64,000 nucleotides of DNA, taken from an uncultured Deinococcaceae bacterium (GTDB taxonomy: Bacteria; Deinococcota; Deinococci; Deinococcales; Deinococcaceae). Location of the stretch: positions 52,060-116,059 of the forward strand of contig CAXULY010000011.1 of NCBI GenBank assembly GCA_964252075.1, given 5' to 3'. Below are positions 29,561 through 39,392 of the stretch, piece by piece. The notes under the pieces were generated by a model. That model had not been told where the DNA came from and did no database searches. It saw nothing but the letters and a program-made list of their open reading frames with translations. Made by a program: the position numbers and the translations under genes. The first letter of the stretch is position 1. Each line of letters opens with the position of its first letter.

Positions 29561-30199
29561 TTGGCGTGCCCTGCGGTGCGGTCGGCGTCAGGCCAGCGGC
29601 ATATTCCCCCACCCGCAGGGCTGGGCGAGGTTGATTCCATGGTCCGCGCGGCGGGAGGCCCGGCAAGGTCGCCCGCTCTCAACCCGGCGTACCCCATCCT
29701 CTTTTAAGGCGCTTCCGCTCAACGTCCGTAACGAAGGTCAGGACCATTCTCGATTGTGTACCCGTTCCTGTGTGGTCCCCTCGTGCCGGGTTCCGAGCTT
29801 TTCGGCTGCGTGGACCACGTGTAGCGTCAGGGCACGGCTCCCTCAACGCGCTGGGAAGCAGGGAACTCTGGATGAGGCGCGTCGTGCCGTAGCGGTGGAC
29901 GCTCGCCCGGCACACGTTCATTGCCGAGCACGGTGAAGTCGATGCCATGCAAGCCTCCAGGGATACACAACGGAACTGATCCTGTATTCAGAGACGAAAG
30001 CCGGTACAGGTCCGCATAACGGGACATCGGCGGGCCGTGACGTTCCTGCACGAACGAATCCCTCTCTGGTCTGACGACGGCGGGCCGCGTGAGTGCGCTC
30101 CGTCGCCCATTCACCGTATGCTCTCGGGGAAACGGCACATGACGTTCGGACTTCTGGCATGGCGACCATCCAGGACCTGTCGCATGTGACGGGACAAAG

Positions 30200-30589
30200 G
30201 TGACCGTGTTCACGCTGGAGCAGATCAACGACCTGCACGACCGGTACGGCCGGGCCGCGACGCTCGCCGATTACCTGCGGTCCCTGAGGGCCATTGGCGT
30301 CGAACAGTACGACTCGTACGTGTCGGACGGGCACACAGAATTCTTCGGCGGTGGGCGGAGCGTGACGTCACCGCCGGCGCATGAACGCCTGCGTATCGCG
30401 GAAGTCAGCGATCAAGAAGCGTTGCTGGTCCAGCTGAAGTGGTCCGAAGAGGGGCGGACCTCGTACCTGGAGATGTCGAAGGGCCTCGCCGCGGTTGGAG
30501 TGCAGAAGTGGGCGGTAGATACCTGCCACATGACGATGACGTTCATGGACCGCGAAGGTCACGTGATGTTTGAGGAGCGCATCGAGTGA
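30200..30589 (+). CDS. DUF1398 (YbcV-like) family protein
   Basis: FTLEQI..H, GVEQYDSYVSDGHTEFFG, GRTSYLEMSKGLAAVGVQKWAVD. Confidence 0.7.
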   Translation: MTVFTLEQINDLHDRYGRAATLADYLRSLRAIGVEQYDSYVSDGHTEFFGGGRSVTSPPAHERLRIAEVSDQEALLVQLKWSEEGRTSYLEMSKGLAAVGVQKWAVDTCHMTMTFMDREGHVMFEERIE

Positions 30590-30594
30590 ACGAA

Positions 30595-30612
30595 AGCGCC
30601 AGGCTTGGCGCT
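30595..30612. terminator. Hairpin after the DUF1398 stop codon
   Basis: AGCGCCA-GGCT-TGGCGCT; no strong U tract. Confidence 0.3.
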
Positions 30613-31076
30613 ACTGAGCAGCGGGAACCGGTGAGTTGAAGCGTGAGGCGTGTCATGGGGCGTGTGCTTGCGTTTAGCTGTGGTGACGCATTCACGAGCG
30701 ATGTGGGCGGCAAGCATCGTCGTGTACAAGTGACGCGTGCGGGTGAACGGGCCAGGGCGCAGTCTGATAACCCCGCGAAGGATGCGCTGTCTTTGCCGAT
30801 TAAGGCATGGCCCAGGTGGGCAATGCGTGCGAGGTCTGCGTCACAGCAATAGACGCCGGGGCGGGGAAGAGGAGCCTTCCGTTCAGCGGGCGCACCTCAA
30901 CTCGCGGTCCTTCATCCAGGTGCATAACCTCAGGTGGAGTCGGCGCGTTCAGCCGACACGTGTCGTGAATCGTGCCATTCAAATTCCGTCTGAATGCTTA
31001 AACTCAACCACATTATTAGCGTTTGATTAGCGCGCCGCCGGTTACGGTTCTGTTACAGAACACTGCGGAGGACCCC

Positions 31077-32324
31077 ATGAAACGATGGCCGCTGCTCGCC
31101 CTTGTCACCGTTGCCCTTGCCGCCTGCGGACAGCAGACCACAGGTCCTACCGCCCCCAGCTACGACGATGTGGCCGGCGCCTGGAGCTTAACTCCGTCCC
31201 TCGGCGCGCAGTCGCTCGGCGCGGACGTGAACACCCTGAATTACGAGAAGGCGCTGGTCGCCACATCGGCCTGGGGAGCCATCGAGGTGAACCGCAGCAA
31301 CGGTGAACAGGGCAGCGGGGATGGAAAGGCCCTCACCCTGAACGGAATGGTGTACCCAAAAGGTCACGGCGTACATGCCCCCAGCGAGCTGAAGTACAGC
31401 CTCGCCGGTTCCGACAGCGCGCAGTGCGTGCGCTTCAAGGCACAGGTGGGCGTTGATGACGAGGTAGGCGCCAAAGGCAGCGTGATCTTCCAGGTCTGGG
31501 GGGACAACACCAAGCTCTTCGACTCTGGCGTCATGACGGGTAGCAGCGGCACCCAGCACATCAGTGTGGACCTGCGCGGGAAGAGCACCATCCGTCTCGT
31601 GGCGACGGACGCCGGGAACGGTAAGAGCTACGATCACGCGGACTGGATCAACCCCACCATCACCTGCGTGCCCGACATCAGCATCAACGTGCCCAACCAG
31701 ACCAGCGGGTATCAGGACCAGCACGGCAGCGTTTCCTTCACCCTCCTGAACAGAAGCAGGCAGTTCCGTGGAAACCTGACCTTCACCACCTCCGGTGGTC
31801 ACCTTGCCGCTGACCCCAGGACCGTGCGGGTGACCGGCGCCGGCGCGTTCCCGCAGGCGCTCAACGCCTATGTGCAGCCGTTCGCTGAGCCGGAGACGGA
31901 ACTGCCGGACGAAGTCGTGGTGTCCTACCAGGGGGAGGTCATCACGTCGGCGCCGCTGCGCGTCTTCGCGAAGGAGACCGTCTGCATCCTTGACCTTCCC
32001 GATCAGGTGGTGGAACTGCCGTCCGGCGGGACAACCACCATCCAGGCTCACCTCCAGCCCTCACCCGTGGGTGAACGGGTGGGCTGCAGCCTGTACGTCT
32101 TTGGGCAGGAGAACGGGTCGGGTCCCGTCTGGTACACGGTCAGTGGGGGCGCAGACGTCCCGCGGGAGGGCGGAACACTCACCATCACGGTCAGGGCCGG
32201 GCGCGTGCCCGGTCAGGGTGAGGTCACGGCGTTCCTCGCGCATTACTCCACGGTTGAATCGATCTTCAACCATGGTGACCCCGGCAGCCAGGAGGGCGAT
32301 CTCCGGGTGAGGTTCGTGCCCTGA
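31077..32324 (+). CDS. Lipoprotein with NPCBM/NEW2 carbohydrate-binding domain
   Basis: Lipobox LAAC; WGAIEVNRSNGEQ..GDG..LTLNG..Y.KG.GVHA, VGVDDEVG, DHADW; GGAGG RBS. Confidence 0.85.
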   Translation: MKRWPLLALVTVALAACGQQTTGPTAPSYDDVAGAWSLTPSLGAQSLGADVNTLNYEKALVATSAWGAIEVNRSNGEQGSGDGKALTLNGMVYPKGHGVHAPSELKYSLAGSDSAQCVRFKAQVGVDDEVGAKGSVIFQVWGDNTKLFDSGVMTGSSGTQHISVDLRGKSTIRLVATDAGNGKSYDHADWINPTITCVPDISINVPNQTSGYQDQHGSVSFTLLNRSRQFRGNLTFTTSGGHLAADPRTVRVTGAGAFPQALNAYVQPFAEPETELPDEVVVSYQGEVITSAPLRVFAKETVCILDLPDQVVELPSGGTTTIQAHLQPSPVGERVGCSLYVFGQENGSGPVWYTVSGGADVPREGGTLTITVRAGRVPGQGEVTAFLAHYSTVESIFNHGDPGSQEGDLRVRFVP

Positions 32325-32558
32325 GGCGGGGTGGGTGTGCGCGCACCTCGCCACATCCACCTTGAGCTGCCTGCACCCGCGCACCGGCCGGTGCCGTCGA
32401 GAATTTGGCCTTCCTGCGGTCGCACGCATCTCGGGGCGCTGCCCTGGAGGGGGCCTTGCGCGGTCCTTTCCCTGGGCGTCCTCGCGCACCGTGTCGCCGT
32501 GCGATGATCGGTCCATGTCCATCAGGCTTCCTTCTGTTCACTCCTGGCGTGGGGCCGC

Positions 32559-33338
32559 GTGAAGCTCGCGACCTGGAACGTAAACTCATTGAATGTGCGG
32601 CTGCAGCAGGTGCTCGACTGGCTGGCTGTGGAGGAACCGGACGTGCTCGCCCTCCAGGAAACCAAGATGGAGGACGCCCGCTTCCCCGCCGCCGCGTTCG
32701 AGGCCATTGGGTACCACGCGGTGCACTCGGGCCAGAAGACGTACAACGGCGTCGCCCTGCTGGCCAGACGCCCGTTGCAGGAGGTCCAGGTGGGCATTCC
32801 GGGCTTCCTGGACGAGCAGCGCCGCGCCCTGGCGGCGACGGTTGCGGGCGTGCGCGTGGTGTGCCTGTACGTGCCGAACGGACAGGCGGTGGGGTCCGAG
32901 AAGTACCGCTACAAGCTGGGCTGGATGGAGGCCGCTCGCGCGTGGCTGCAGGACGAGCGGGCCGCGCACGCCCAGCTCGCGGTGGTCGGAGATTTCAATG
33001 TGGCGCCCGAAGACCGTGACGTGCACAGCCCGACGCGCTGGGCCGGGCAGGTGCTGGTGAGCGCACCGGAACGCGCGGCCTTTCAGGCGCTGCTGGATGC
33101 TGGGTTGCGTGACGCGTTCAGGCTCATGGATCAACCGGAGCGGGTGTTCAGCTGGTGGCCGTATGGGCGCCTGGGCTTTCCGCGCAACTGGGGCCTGCGG
33201 ATTGATCATGTGCTGGTGTCGGATGCGCTGGCGGCCGCGTGTCGGTCGTGCGCGGTGGACCGCGGCCCGCGCGGTCTGGAGCGGCCCTCCGATCATGCGC
33301 CCGTGATCGCCACATTCGATCTACCGGGGAACAACTGA
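32559..33338 (+). CDS. xth: Exodeoxyribonuclease III / AP endonuclease
   Basis: [41 protein letters not shown]. Confidence 0.93.
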   Translation: MKLATWNVNSLNVRLQQVLDWLAVEEPDVLALQETKMEDARFPAAAFEAIGYHAVHSGQKTYNGVALLARRPLQEVQVGIPGFLDEQRRALAATVAGVRVVCLYVPNGQAVGSEKYRYKLGWMEAARAWLQDERAAHAQLAVVGDFNVAPEDRDVHSPTRWAGQVLVSAPERAAFQALLDAGLRDAFRLMDQPERVFSWWPYGRLGFPRNWGLRIDHVLVSDALAAACRSCAVDRGPRGLERPSDHAPVIATFDLPGNN

Positions 33339-34203
33339 AGCGCGGGCCGCTGTGACGTTCGCGCGGCGTGGCTGTGCCTGCGCTCCGCCCAAATGGATTC
33401 GGGAGCTGGCTGCTCAGTCCCTAAGGCTGCCGCCTCATGCCGCTCCAGCCTGCTGACCATCGTCGCGCCGGACAGCGGATACCTCACGTGGACGAAGTGG
33501 GGGCAGGGCTCGGTGGGTCCGCTGGTGCCGGGGGTAGACCTACTGCCAAGGCAGCACCAGATGCGCGCATTGTTCACGCCGATAAGGCGCTGAAACCATA
33601 TTCACTGGTGACATGTGGTCTCCTCTCCGCTAAGGCGAATATATACATTCCAGTTTTGGGACGGCGGTTCAGTACATTGCCTTGCTTCAGCATATGCATC
33701 AGCGAGCCCCATCATTTACAGCCTCATGGAGCGCCACGCCAGTCTTTCAGGGGCACCGATGATTGAACCGAGACGCTTTTACCTCGAGATTGGTAACTTC
33801 AAGATGCGGTGGGCAAGCACCATATGCTAGCTGCATAGGTTCAGACCCTATCTGACGAGGTGTTCAACTGGTCTGCACTTTGCCGGCACGTCGGCAAACG
33901 CTCAGCAGCTTCGTCCTTCAGGGAAGGGCCTGCTCACCAACGCATTTAGATAGAGGTGCTGAATCTCCCTCTTTTTGTATATATTCAGGTCTATCATACC
34001 TATCGGTGAGGCCCAATCGGCAGTCACGGCAGACAGTGGTTAGAGCGTTTTTACTTCCAAGTCCAACTCGATTGCCACTTCAAATAAAATGACTGCACAG
34101 CAAGGCCAGGAAGGGCCCTCCAAAAAGTCTTGAAGGGTATTAGCCATGGCAGCAAAATAGGCCCTTTGAGATATGCCTCAGCACCAGGCTTAAGGCGAGA
34201 CCG

Positions 34204-34231
34204 ATTGTCACTAAAACACCTTAGTGACAAT
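34204..34231. other. dif/loxP-like recombination site candidate (11-6-11 perfect inverted repeat)
   Basis: ATTGTCACTAA-AACACC-TTAGTGACAAT, ending 28 bp upstream of the recombinase GTG. Confidence 0.7.
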
Positions 34232-34259
34232 GCTTGAGTCAAACGTATATGCTGCAATC

Positions 34260-35222
34260 GTGACGGACCCTGCCGACGCCACAGTGGCTCTCGACCTGCG
34301 CCGCGCGCCCCTCGACCTCACGCACCTGACCGACCAGGCGCTGCGGGTGCGCGCCATTGAGGCCGCACGCGACTATGACGCCGCGCGCCTCGTGGACCTC
34401 CTCAGTGCGTACCTCCTCACCGCGAGCCGCAAGGGCGCGCGCAGCAGCGCCCGCACCCAGGAGGCCTACGCCCTCGCCGTCCGGCAGTTCGTGCCATGGG
34501 CGCACGCAAATGGGGTGAACCTCCTCCGGCCCGGGCGGCGGGACGGCGGGCGCTTCCTGCTGCACCTTCAGACCCGCGCGAACGGGGCCCGGGGGCGGCG
34601 GGGACCGCTGTCCGCCAGTACCATCGCCGCCTACCTCGCGGGCGGGCGCGCGCTGTACCGCGCCCTGCGCTGGGCGGGCGCCACCGAAGCGCAGCCCTTC
34701 GAGGACGTGCACGCCGCGCCGGACCCCACGCCCGGCATCGTGAAGCGCCCCCCCTACCACGATGAGCTGGAGGTGGTGCTGGCCGCCACCACCGACCCGC
34801 AGGTCCGGGCGCTGCTGCTGCTGTGCGCGCACGCCGGGCTCCGCATCAGTGAGGCGCTCGCGGTGACGCCGCAGGACCTGACGGGCACGTCCCTGCGGGT
34901 GCGCGGCAAGGGCGGGAAGCAGCGCGTGGTGCCGCTCAGCGCCCGCACCCGCGCCGCGCTCTCGGCGCTAAACTCGCCGTCCTTCGGGTGGACGTACCGG
35001 CAGGCAGCGTACCGCATGCAGCTGGCGTTCCGCGCCGCCGGGGTGGGCGAGCACTGGCGGGGCTTCCACGCGGCCCGCAAGCACAGCGGCACGCGCCTGT
35101 ACCAGCGCACGAGGGACTTCACGCGCGTGAGCCTGTTCCTCGGGCACAGCAGTGTGGACACCACCCGCCGGTACGTCGCCGTCAGTGATCATGACCTCGC
35201 CGCGGAGGTCGAGGACCTCTGA
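34260..35222 (+). CDS. Tyrosine recombinase (Xer-like integrase/resolvase)
   Basis: Catalytic R (GLRISE), K (RGKGGKQR), HxxR (FHAAR), H (LGH), Y (TTRRY); TATGCT-N6-GTG leaderless start. Confidence 0.92.
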   Translation: MTDPADATVALDLRRAPLDLTHLTDQALRVRAIEAARDYDAARLVDLLSAYLLTASRKGARSSARTQEAYALAVRQFVPWAHANGVNLLRPGRRDGGRFLLHLQTRANGARGRRGPLSASTIAAYLAGGRALYRALRWAGATEAQPFEDVHAAPDPTPGIVKRPPYHDELEVVLAATTDPQVRALLLLCAHAGLRISEALAVTPQDLTGTSLRVRGKGGKQRVVPLSARTRAALSALNSPSFGWTYRQAAYRMQLAFRAAGVGEHWRGFHAARKHSGTRLYQRTRDFTRVSLFLGHSSVDTTRRYVAVSDHDLAAEVEDL

Positions 35223-35416
35223 CGTGGAGGAATGGCAAAGCGCCGCACACGGGTGCGTGGTGTGCGCCAGAAGGCGCCGATGAGCGGCCCGATGCCTTGT
35301 GATGAGGCATGGGCTCAGCTGTGGCTGGGCTGCCCATTGCCGAGCTGGCCCCTCTCAAGGTCACTGGATCTCCAAACACGTCATCCCCTGTCGCTTTCCA
35401 GCGGTACCGTCACGGC

Positions 35417-35821
35417 ATGAAGGCCACCGGAACCTTTCGCACCCATCACTTCACGCCCACGCAGGTCACCCTGGTGCCCCACATCGAGACGGCCTTACCG
35501 AGCGGCGTCTCCACCATGGAGAAAACGTACGAGGGTGAGCTCTCCGGCCGGTCTGCCACCCTGTTCACCGCGGCCTTCGATCCCGCACGGGGGATCGGCA
35601 CGTACATCGCGCTGGAGGCCTTCGAGGGCGCGCTCCTCGGGCGCGAGGGCGCGTTCAACTTCATTCACTCCGCGTCGACGCAGGGTCAGGACCGGACGGG
35701 TGAGTACTTCGCCATCGTCCCGGGGAGCGGCACGCGTGGGTTAGAGGGCATCCGCGGCACAGGGGGACTATCCGTCGAGGGGGATGGAACGCACCGCATC
35801 TGGTTCGAATTCGAGCTCTGA
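35417..35821 (+). CDS. DUF3224 family protein
   Basis: MKATGTF, KTYEGELSG, YIALEAFEG.L.GREG.F.F.H, IVPGSGT.GLEGI.G. Confidence 0.75.
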   Translation: MKATGTFRTHHFTPTQVTLVPHIETALPSGVSTMEKTYEGELSGRSATLFTAAFDPARGIGTYIALEAFEGALLGREGAFNFIHSASTQGQDRTGEYFAIVPGSGTRGLEGIRGTGGLSVEGDGTHRIWFEFEL

Positions 35822-35896
35822 GAACGTAGGCTCGACCATGCCCTGGCGGGCGGTGGAAGGCGCGTTGGGGCAGCACATCCACTCCACGCCCCGCCC

Positions 35897-36598
35897 TCAC
35901 GTTCGCGGCGGGCTTCCGGACAGGGACACCTGCGCACGCATGTCGCGCACCAGTTCGGGGTCGGTCTCCGGCGACGCCGCGACGTCGCGGTGGGCCGCGA
36001 AGTGAATTTCGGACAGGGGCGCGGCGCTCAGCACCTCGCGGACGTTCCAGGGCCGCAACCCCCCGCAGCCCAGGATCGTGATGCGGTCGCCCGCGTGCGC
36101 GATCAGGTCGCGCAGCATCCCCTTGCCCTGCACCGCGGACGCCTGCTGCCCGGCGGTCAGGATGCGCTGCACGCCGAGCTCCGCGAGGAGGTCCACGGCG
36201 TCGAAGGGACGCGGCACCTCATCGAAGGCGCGGTGGAAGGTCACGCTGAGTGGCCTTGCGGCGGCCATCAGGGCGCCCAGCTGCGCCCGCTCGGGGTGGT
36301 GATCGGCGCCGAGGCAGCCAATCACGGCGCCCGCCGCGCCCGCCTCACGCACGGCGCTCAGGTCCTCGAGCATCACGGCTTGTTCCTCGTCGGTGTACAC
36401 GAAGTTCCCGCGGCGCGGGCGGATCAGCACGTGAACGGGGACGCGCGCCACGGCGAGCGCCCGGCGCACCGTCCCGATGCTGGGCGTGAGGCCCCCTTCC
36501 GGGAGGGCCGCGCACAGCTCCACGCGGTCCGCTCCGTTCGCCTGCGCGACCAGGAGGCCCGGCACGTCCTCCACGCACACCTCGATGAGGGGCCTCAC
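35897..36598 (-). CDS. cutC: Copper homeostasis protein CutC family
   Basis: IEVCVE, GADRVELC.AL.EGGLTPS, LIRPR.GNF.Y, TFHRAFD, RILTAG; 4-bp overlap with the upstream gene. Confidence 0.9.
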   Translation of the reverse strand: MRPLIEVCVEDVPGLLVAQANGADRVELCAALPEGGLTPSIGTVRRALAVARVPVHVLIRPRRGNFVYTDEEQAVMLEDLSAVREAGAAGAVIGCLGADHHPERAQLGALMAAARPLSVTFHRAFDEVPRPFDAVDLLAELGVQRILTAGQQASAVQGKGMLRDLIAHAGDRITILGCGGLRPWNVREVLSAAPLSEIHFAAHRDVAASPETDPELVRDMRAQVSLSGSPPRT

Positions 36599-38028
36599 CG
36601 TTCGCCGCGCGCGGAGAGGTGCGGGGCCGGCGTCCACTCGAAGGCGTCGTCCCACGGGAAGGTCGGTCGGTGGATGCGCTGGCGGGGCAGGCTCGATATG
36701 TCCTGGTTGATGACACCGTCCGAGAGCGCCATCAGGTTGGGGTTCGCGAGCGGCGCCAGTTCGGGCGAGAGGTACCCGGACTTCACGACCACCGTGTGAA
36801 AGTCCTTCGGGTGCAGGTCGAGGCGCGTGAAGTCGCGCAGGTCGTGGTAGGGCCGCCGCCGCTCGGCGAGGACCAACGTGACGCCCGCGCCGCGCACCAC
36901 CGCCTGGCGGTTCTCGCTGTCGTCCAGGCGCAGCACCTCGCCGCTGAAGGGCACGCGCTCGCCCGCCGGGTCGAGGCTGCCACCGACCGTCAGCTGCACG
37001 GCCGCGCCCTCGCCCGCCTCGAAGCACGCCTGCACGGCGGGCGCGTCGGTGATGCCCGCGCACAGCACGTCCCGCGCGCCCTGGCGCAGCACCTCCGCGA
37101 GGACGTCCCCGCGGTCCCCGACGCCGCCGCCCGTGGGGTTGTCGCCGGAGTCCGCGAGGATCACCGGGCGGGTGGGGCTGTCCGTCGCCCAGCGCACGCA
37201 CTCCGCGATGGTGCCCACCCGGGAGCCGAACTGGAAGGCGTGCCGGGCGTCCCAGTAGCGCCGCGCGAGCTCGGCGGTCCGCTGAAGCTGCTCCGCGCGC
37301 GGCAGGCCGTGCGCGGTGATGACGGCGCTCGCGGTGGCGCGCGGCTCGTCGGCCCACACGTACCCCACGAACAGCGCGGCCTCCAGCACGCCGGGCCGCG
37401 CGTCCTCGTCGGGGAGCGCGGCGTACAGGGAGCGCGCGGGTTCGTCCTCGGTGCTGGTGCGCTCGCCGGGCAGCAGCACGGGCACCGGGCACCAGCTCAC
37501 GGTGGGCCGCAGGCCCTCGCGCAGGCAGCGGCTGAGCATCTCGAACGCGCGCCGCTGCGTCTGCTCCACGTCAATGTGCGGGGCGGTGCGGTAGTTCGTG
37601 AGGCCGTCCAGCGCGTCCACGCTGCGGCGGCTCAGGTTGCCGTGCAGGTCGAAGCTCGCCACCAGCAGGCAGTCGTCCCCCACCACCTGCCGGGCGCCCA
37701 CAATCCAGTCGCCCTCGGCGTCCTCCAGGCCCTCCACGAACATCGCGCCGTGCAGCGCGAGGTACACGCCGTCCAGCGGCAGGTGCGCGCGCAGGCCATC
37801 CAGGAACTCCGCCTTGAGCGCGTCGTAGGCGTGGCGGGCGACGGGACCGCCGGGGATGGCGCGCGCGTGCAGCACCGGGAACAGGTCCTCGCTGGACGCG
37901 CGCAGCGCCGCGAAGTTCGGTTCGTCGAGGAGGGCCGCGCCGCGCGTGACGCGGAAGTCCGTGAGCTGCGTCAGCACCGGGTTGGCCGTGCTGCACTCGA
38001 TGTGGATGCCGCCGATGGCGATGCGCAT
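36595..38028 (-). CDS. M81 family (MlrC-like) metallopeptidase/amidohydrolase
   Basis: MRIAIGGIHIECST, YLALHGAM, SFDLHGN, YRTAPHID, ADSGDNPTGGG, VVKSGY; GGAG RBS. Confidence 0.88.
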   Translation of the reverse strand: MRIAIGGIHIECSTANPVLTQLTDFRVTRGAALLDEPNFAALRASSEDLFPVLHARAIPGGPVARHAYDALKAEFLDGLRAHLPLDGVYLALHGAMFVEGLEDAEGDWIVGARQVVGDDCLLVASFDLHGNLSRRSVDALDGLTNYRTAPHIDVEQTQRRAFEMLSRCLREGLRPTVSWCPVPVLLPGERTSTEDEPARSLYAALPDEDARPGVLEAALFVGYVWADEPRATASAVITAHGLPRAEQLQRTAELARRYWDARHAFQFGSRVGTIAECVRWATDSPTRPVILADSGDNPTGGGVGDRGDVLAEVLRQGARDVLCAGITDAPAVQACFEAGEGAAVQLTVGGSLDPAGERVPFSGEVLRLDDSENRQAVVRGAGVTLVLAERRRPYHDLRDFTRLDLHPKDFHTVVVKSGYLSPELAPLANPNLMALSDGVINQDISSLPRQRIHRPTFPWDDAFEWTPAPHLSARGER

Positions 38029-38054
38029 GTTGTCTCCTTCTCGTGGGTGGGCGG

Positions 38055-39269
38055 TCACTGGCCCACGGTGGCGAAGAACCGCTGGGCGGCCACGCTCGCC
38101 GCACCGCGCGCCCAGAAGTCCTCCGTGACACGGTGCATCTCGATGCGGGTGCTGCTCAGCAGGCGCGGCAGGATGTGGTTCTCGATCGCCTGGCGCAGCT
38201 GCGTGAGGAACAGCTTGCCGCTGAAGCCCAGCAGGTCGGCGATCAGGATGAGTTCCGGGTCCTGACTCTGGATCACGTGCGACACGACCAGCCCCAGCTC
38301 GATGCTGGCCTGACGGAGGAGGTCCTGCGCTGCGGGGTCGCCGCGCAGCGCGAGCTGTTCGAGTTCCGGTGCCGCCGTGAGGGTCAGGCCGCGCTCCTGC
38401 GCCCGCTCCAGCAGGGCGTTGCCGGAGGCGAGCGTGTCGAGGCAGCCGCGCTTGCCGCAGCGGCAGGGGCGGGCGTGCGGGCCGAGGTCCACGGTGCAGT
38501 GGGCGAGCTCCCCGGCGCCGCCGGTCGTGCCGCGGTACAGTTCGCCGTTCACGAAGTGCGCCCCGCCGACGCTCTCCCCGAGCGTGACGAGCGTGAAGTT
38601 GCCGCTGTCGCGCGCCAGGCCGTAGAGCTTCTCGCTGATGGCGGCGGCCTTCGCGTCGTTCTCCAGGGTGGTGGTGAGGCCCGTCGCACGCTGCACCACG
38701 TCCGCCACGGGCGCGTCGTACCAGCCGAGGTTCGCGGACTGCAGGCACACGCCGGAGTGCGGGTCCACGAACCCGGAGATCGCGAGGCCCAGCCCCAGCA
38801 GGCCCTGGCGCGGCACGCCGCTGCGCTGGCGCAGCTGTTCGACGCCCTCGGCGAGGTGCGCGCCGAGGCGCTCCACGTCGTCGGAGGACGGGACGCTGAG
38901 CGTGCCGAGCGTGGTGCCGAGCAGGTCGGTGAGCACCAGGTGCGCCTGCTGCCCGGTGACGTGCGCGCCCACGCAGTGGCCGTACGCGCCGTTCAGTTCG
39001 AGGTTCACGGTGGGGCGGCCCTTGCCGCGCCGGCGCGCGTGCGCTTCCTCGGCCTCGCGGATCACGCCGAGTTCCAGGAGGGAGCGGCTGACCTCGGTGA
39101 TGGTGGGGCGACTCAGGTCGAGGGTCGCGGCGAGGACCGAGCGGCTCGCGGGGCCGCCCTCCAGCAGCGCCCGGAGCAGCGCCGTGCCGGGCGTCGGGGG
39201 GGGCGCGCTCCGGCGGCGGGCGGGTGGGGGGTTCGGGTCGGCGGGGGTCCGCGGCTTGACGGGAGGCAT
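38055..39269 (-). CDS. ROK family transcriptional regulator (NagC/XylR-like)
   Basis: N-terminal wHTH (SRSVLAATLDLSRPTIT..GRP), ENDAKAAA, GELAH, CRCGKRGCL. Confidence 0.92.
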   Translation of the reverse strand: MPPVKPRTPADPNPPPARRRSAPPPTPGTALLRALLEGGPASRSVLAATLDLSRPTITEVSRSLLELGVIREAEEAHARRRGKGRPTVNLELNGAYGHCVGAHVTGQQAHLVLTDLLGTTLGTLSVPSSDDVERLGAHLAEGVEQLRQRSGVPRQGLLGLGLAISGFVDPHSGVCLQSANLGWYDAPVADVVQRATGLTTTLENDAKAAAISEKLYGLARDSGNFTLVTLGESVGGAHFVNGELYRGTTGGAGELAHCTVDLGPHARPCRCGKRGCLDTLASGNALLERAQERGLTLTAAPELEQLALRGDPAAQDLLRQASIELGLVVSHVIQSQDPELILIADLLGFSGKLFLTQLRQAIENHILPRLLSSTRIEMHRVTEDFWARGAASVAAQRFFATVGQ

Positions 39270-39282
39270 GCTTGTGCCTACT

Positions 39283-39378
39283 ATAAATTTCATTTCCGAA
39301 CTAAATCAAGACGCGTTCAAGGTTCGCCCCGGTTTTGCCCGTTCAGCCGTCACCGACTTAATTCGGGACTTTCCCGAA
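39283..39378. promoter_or_regulatory. Divergent promoter region with candidate ROK operators
   Basis: AT-rich ATAAATTTCATTTCCGAACTAAAT and palindrome TTCGGGA-CTT-TCCCGAA (39362-39378). Confidence 0.5.
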
Positions 39379-39392
39379 AAAAGGAGATCCTT

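Noticed and set aside
29600..30190. Short ORFs between the nitrilase and DUF1398 genes
   Set aside because: No recognisable motifs, atypical composition and mutually overlapping frames.
29713..31060. RDRM-like half-sites TTCCG..CGTAA (29713) and TTACG..CAGAA (31042)
   Set aside because: Both have 9-bp spacers (19 bp total), not the 17-bp RDRM geometry.
34260..35222. Prophage or ICE integrase marking an integrated element
   Set aside because: No phage, conjugation or excisionase genes, no tRNA target and no att duplication are visible.
36595..38028. Microcystin degradation (mlr) cluster
   Set aside because: Only an MlrC-family member is present, with no mlrA/B/D; the family is widespread.
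38043..39392. N-terminal 450-aa extension of the 960-aa ORF as a fusion to the binding protein
   Set aside because: It is antisense to the ROK regulator; the real start is ATG 39393 with RBS and signal peptide. The same applies to over-long ORF-track starts for cutC, the M81 gene, the SDR, MarR and others.
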